Origin: Nemertoderma westbladi
Taxonomy: Eukaryota > Animalia > Xenacoelomorpha
Assembly (NCBI GenBank): GCA_032718475.1
Contig: JAUCBJ010007567.1
Span: forward strand, 1 to 48,562
DNA length: 48,562 bases
Reading direction: 5' to 3'
The first letter of the stretch is position 1. Each line of letters opens with the position of its first letter. Shown piece after piece: positions 45,041 to 48,562 of the stretch. The notes below the pieces were generated by a model. That model was not told the DNA's origin. It made no database searches and was given only the letters and a program-made list of their open reading frames with translations. A program made the position numbers and the translations under genes.

Positions 45041-45489
45041 ATAAATATTACCTATAAAATTTAATTTGGTGTTCACCACCGTCGGTCAATTGAAAGCTGA
45101 CAATGTAGAAGAGTGCGAGAAAGAGTCAACTTGAAGGGAGTGTACTTGTAAGACAGTATGTCAATTATATACGATAGGTTTGCATAATTATAAAACTCAT
45201 CGGTGTAACTATGAAACAAAAAATATAATTGTCTTTATAAGCTACCCCAATCATGATACTAGACATAATATACTTTTTAATTTTTTATTTTTCTACATAA
45301 TTTTAGATGATTGATTTAATGATAAATGATTGGTTAGTTATTGTAAATTGAATAAAAGGTAACATTTTCTTTCTAGATTTAATAGACATAATACCGGTAT
45401 GTACATAAATTTTCCTCTTGATATTTACAAAGATAAATTATACCCTTTCTGGAGGTAAATCAAACTAAAATGTTACAATAACCAATACA

Positions 45490-45774
45490 ATAATTGATAT
45501 CGGACATCCACAATTTTAAAACCTCTTTGATTCGCCCTTCGAACTGCTAGGGATGCCATCAATATGCAAAGGGCCAATTGAAAATGAAAATTACTTATCA
45601 GTCAGAAGTCGTATCCATTTAATAAGAAATGAATACTACGGACATTTGATGGAATTGGAAATGACTGAGGTCAACTTCGAAAAACAATGGAAAACCTTGA
45701 TTGATTTGTTGCTGGGTCTCACAATTGGGGAGGAAAATAATAAACCTCTCAGGTTCGTATTTTCCTCAGGGTAA
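45490..45774 (+). pseudogene. Paralogous HEPN-domain fragment
   Basis: IRNEYYGHL..MT..FEKQWKTLIDLLLGLTIGEENNK matches 41001-41124. Confidence 0.8.
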
Positions 45775-46099
45775 TCTCGGTTCCTCAGGGTAGATTTTGT
45801 CTGGAAAGTCTTTCCTATCAACAGCCCATTTACCAGAACGTAAAACTTCACTATGTATGCCACCAATTTGCACAATTACCAGCATAGTATCGCCTGACGC
45901 CATTTTATCCACAAAACCTACCCATAAATTGTCAAAATCTCTGCTAAATTGCTACCCCTAAAATGTAAAACCATTATTAGTCAATAACGATTGTTTAAAT
46001 TACATCTGTATAGATTACAATGCACAGTTAATGTTTTATTAGAGTCTGAGAGATAGTGGTAGAGCAAGATTAGTAGAGGTTTGGGCGGCTCGGCGACAG

Positions 46100-47900
46100 T
46101 GAGACATCACTGACACCCATTGGGTGTCATATGACACCCTATTATCACCCTATGGGTGTCATTGGGTGTCAAGGCACAGACTGTCTTGGTGACACCTCCT
46201 AATTAGGTTAATTAGACCCTAATTAACAGGTGTCATCATTTAATTAGTACAATTAAACCCTAATAGGTGTCTTATGACTCCTAATTAGTGTTTAATTAAT
46301 TATCCTGATTAATCAGACTGATTAGCGCCCCGACACGCAATGGTCATCAGTGAGGCCTAACTGTCACCTAGAGGCCCAAAGGGTGTCATAAGTGACACCA
46401 CGGATCTTTTATTTATTAATACTTATATATTTGTAATTAATTTTAATTTATTTATTCCAATTTAATTTAAGGGGGGGTATACCCCCCATGAACCTTTTTT
46501 TAAAATGACTGTCAATTAGTGTTAAATGATAATATTGCTATTTTGTCATGGTCAACCACTGTATGGAAGGCCAAATAGTCTTTATAGTAAAATTTGAAAA
46601 TTTATAGCCTCCACCTAGAGGCTGGCGGCGGAATTAAAGATTTCACTAAAATTGCTACAACTAGTCCCTCAATTTTGGTCCAAACTTCTTAAAACCAACT
46701 TTTTTGGACTCAGCGTGATCGACTCTACAAAACTTATCTTATAGAATTGAATAATGATCTTATAGAATTTTTGATTAGCCATTTTTATTTTAATTAATTA
46801 ATTTAATTAATTTAATTAATTAATTTAATTAATTTAATTAATTAATTTAATTAATTAATTATCATATTTTTATTTAAAATTGGCTAATTAGAAAAAATGG
46901 TACTGTAATATTTATCAAAATTCCATAAGATAACTTTTAAAAAGCTTCCAAAGCTCGTTCGAATGAGCCATAAATGAAGAAAATTGATTAAAAAATGACG
47001 GAGGAGTAGCAATTTGAAAATGAAAAATGTCATTCCGAGAAAATGCCCTTCGAAGTTTAAACCGTCCCGCCAAAATTGGCTGTCCGTGTTCTGGTTGGAT
47101 AATTATTTCTGGCACGAAGGCACACCAACGAGCTAAAAAGTTCATTACGGGGGTTTTCGGGGTCGCTGATTCCATTTCCGGTGTCAGTTTTAATGTTTGG
47201 TGGAATCTAGTCTGTCTGTCTGTCTGTCGGTCTTCTGTCTTTCTTACAATTTGACGGACAGACCGTCATACGGAAAAACAGTGATAACTCGAGAACTGAA
47301 AGAGGTCTCACTAAGCGGTTTTCAGATTTGTAATCCTCATTAAATTCTGCTCTAGATGAAATAAAGAAACAACAATTTGAAAATTTACCTGAGGGGGGTA
47401 TACCCCCCCCCCCCCCCCCCCCTCCCCTTAAATTAATTATTTGTCTTTATTTTTACTTTATTTATTTGAACTTAATTTTAAAATATTATTATATATATAG
47501 CGTATTATCTAAAATTAACATCTTCTCTAACTTTGTTATTTTCATTCCGAATAGGTTTAAACTCGGTAGGCATCTACTACGGCATAGGCCATATCTTTTG
47601 CGGAGTCACAGAGTTGTCTGAAGTTCCCCTGTCTGCCGCTAGAGGGCGAAATGTCTCAAAGTGAAAACCATACAGTAGTTATGAATTGGTACCGCTGCTC
47701 TTTTATTTATTAATACTTATTTATTTGTATTTAATTTTAATTTATTTATTTGTATTTCATTTTAATTTATTTATTTGTATTTCATTTAATTTATCTATTT
47801 GTATTTAATTTTAATTAATTATTTGTATTTAAATTTAATTAATTATTTGTCTTTAATTTTAATTAATTATTTGTATTTATTTTTACTTTATATATTGTTT
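46100..47900. repeat. Composite low-complexity / non-autonomous DNA-element remnants
   Basis: TGACACC/GGTGTCA palindromic cluster 46108-46400, G6-7TATAC6+ palindromes at ~46471 and ~47393, (TTAA)n, (TCTG)n, AT-rich ~24-bp tandem units, and a motif at 47630-47666 shared with the 315-bp repeat. Confidence 0.6.
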
Positions 47901-47939
47901 TCTATTTTTAGCTTTAACAATAAACAGTTTATATATTAC

Positions 47940-48501
47940 TTACCGATGCGAAATTGTTAGCTTATCCAATTCCGCTAACACAAACCCATAGAGTGAGCCA
48001 TAAAGCAATATTGGGAGCACGAGGTTGATTACCAATCAACCTCGTGTCAGCCCAGTAAACGGGGACAATAGGCCCCAAAGGAGACACACAATAAGGGTCA
48101 GGTGCCAAACCCCAAACCAAGAGAGAACAGCAAGGGCGAAGGGAAGCACTTCAGAGGGGGGCAAAGGGTGCCAACAGGGATATTAGCCAATGGGGGGACA
48201 GCATCGACTAAGTACTGTAACGGCCAAACCCGTGCAATATATATTACCTGTGCAGCAATCATTCATTCAGTTTACTCAGTTAGTTCAGTAGGGTGGAACG
48301 GTGACTTCTATCACCGTCCGCTACCGCCATATCATACTTATCTACCGGTAACTGTGCCATACTATACTATAGCCTATATATCAACTATATTATACCTTAT
48401 ACATTTAACCGAACATCAGAACTCTTTTACCTTTCACACACGGCGGGGACGCGTAGATAGAAAACCCAACGGATAAACCGGGATCCGTAGATCCCGTCAC
48501 A
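47940..48501 (+). mobile_element. 3' part of an LTR-like sequence related to 25085-26923
   Basis: Collinear blocks (GCAATAT, GCCCCAAAGG, ATTAGCCAAT, CCGCCAT, GACGCGTA) and the same terminus GATCCCGTCACA. Confidence 0.55.
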
Positions 48502-48562
48502 GAAATGACGTCATTATTGGAACCATCTCACCACGAACTTGCAGCCTTATTTAGGGATATAT

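Overview
Eukaryotic, probably invertebrate, repeat-dense window made of nested transposable elements with remnants of innate-immunity-type host genes. TEs: two RTE-clade LINE families with (TAG)n tails (6 copies, one nested in the other with a 33-bp TSD), two Gypsy (Mag-like) elements, two distinct BEL/Pao elements, a rosa/DD41D-like Tc1/mariner remnant, a 230-bp-TIR foldback element, GTGT-flanked HINE-like repeats, solo LTR-like sequences and minisatellites. Most notable: (1) both BEL/Pao elements carry, between integrase and the 3' LTR, a homologous large accessory ORF with a DEDDy/WRN-type 3'-5' exonuclease-like domain plus three CCHC zinc knuckles (intact at 17502-20918, degenerate at ~34310-37600); (2) an intronless SAMD9-like STAND NTPase gene whose N-terminal effector is a DZIP3-type HEPN domain (~40630-45134, disrupted), followed by a paralogous HEPN fragment; (3) a spliced minus-strand CARD-like gene not shown by the ORF track. 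All domain calls are by-eye motif recognition; no searches were run.
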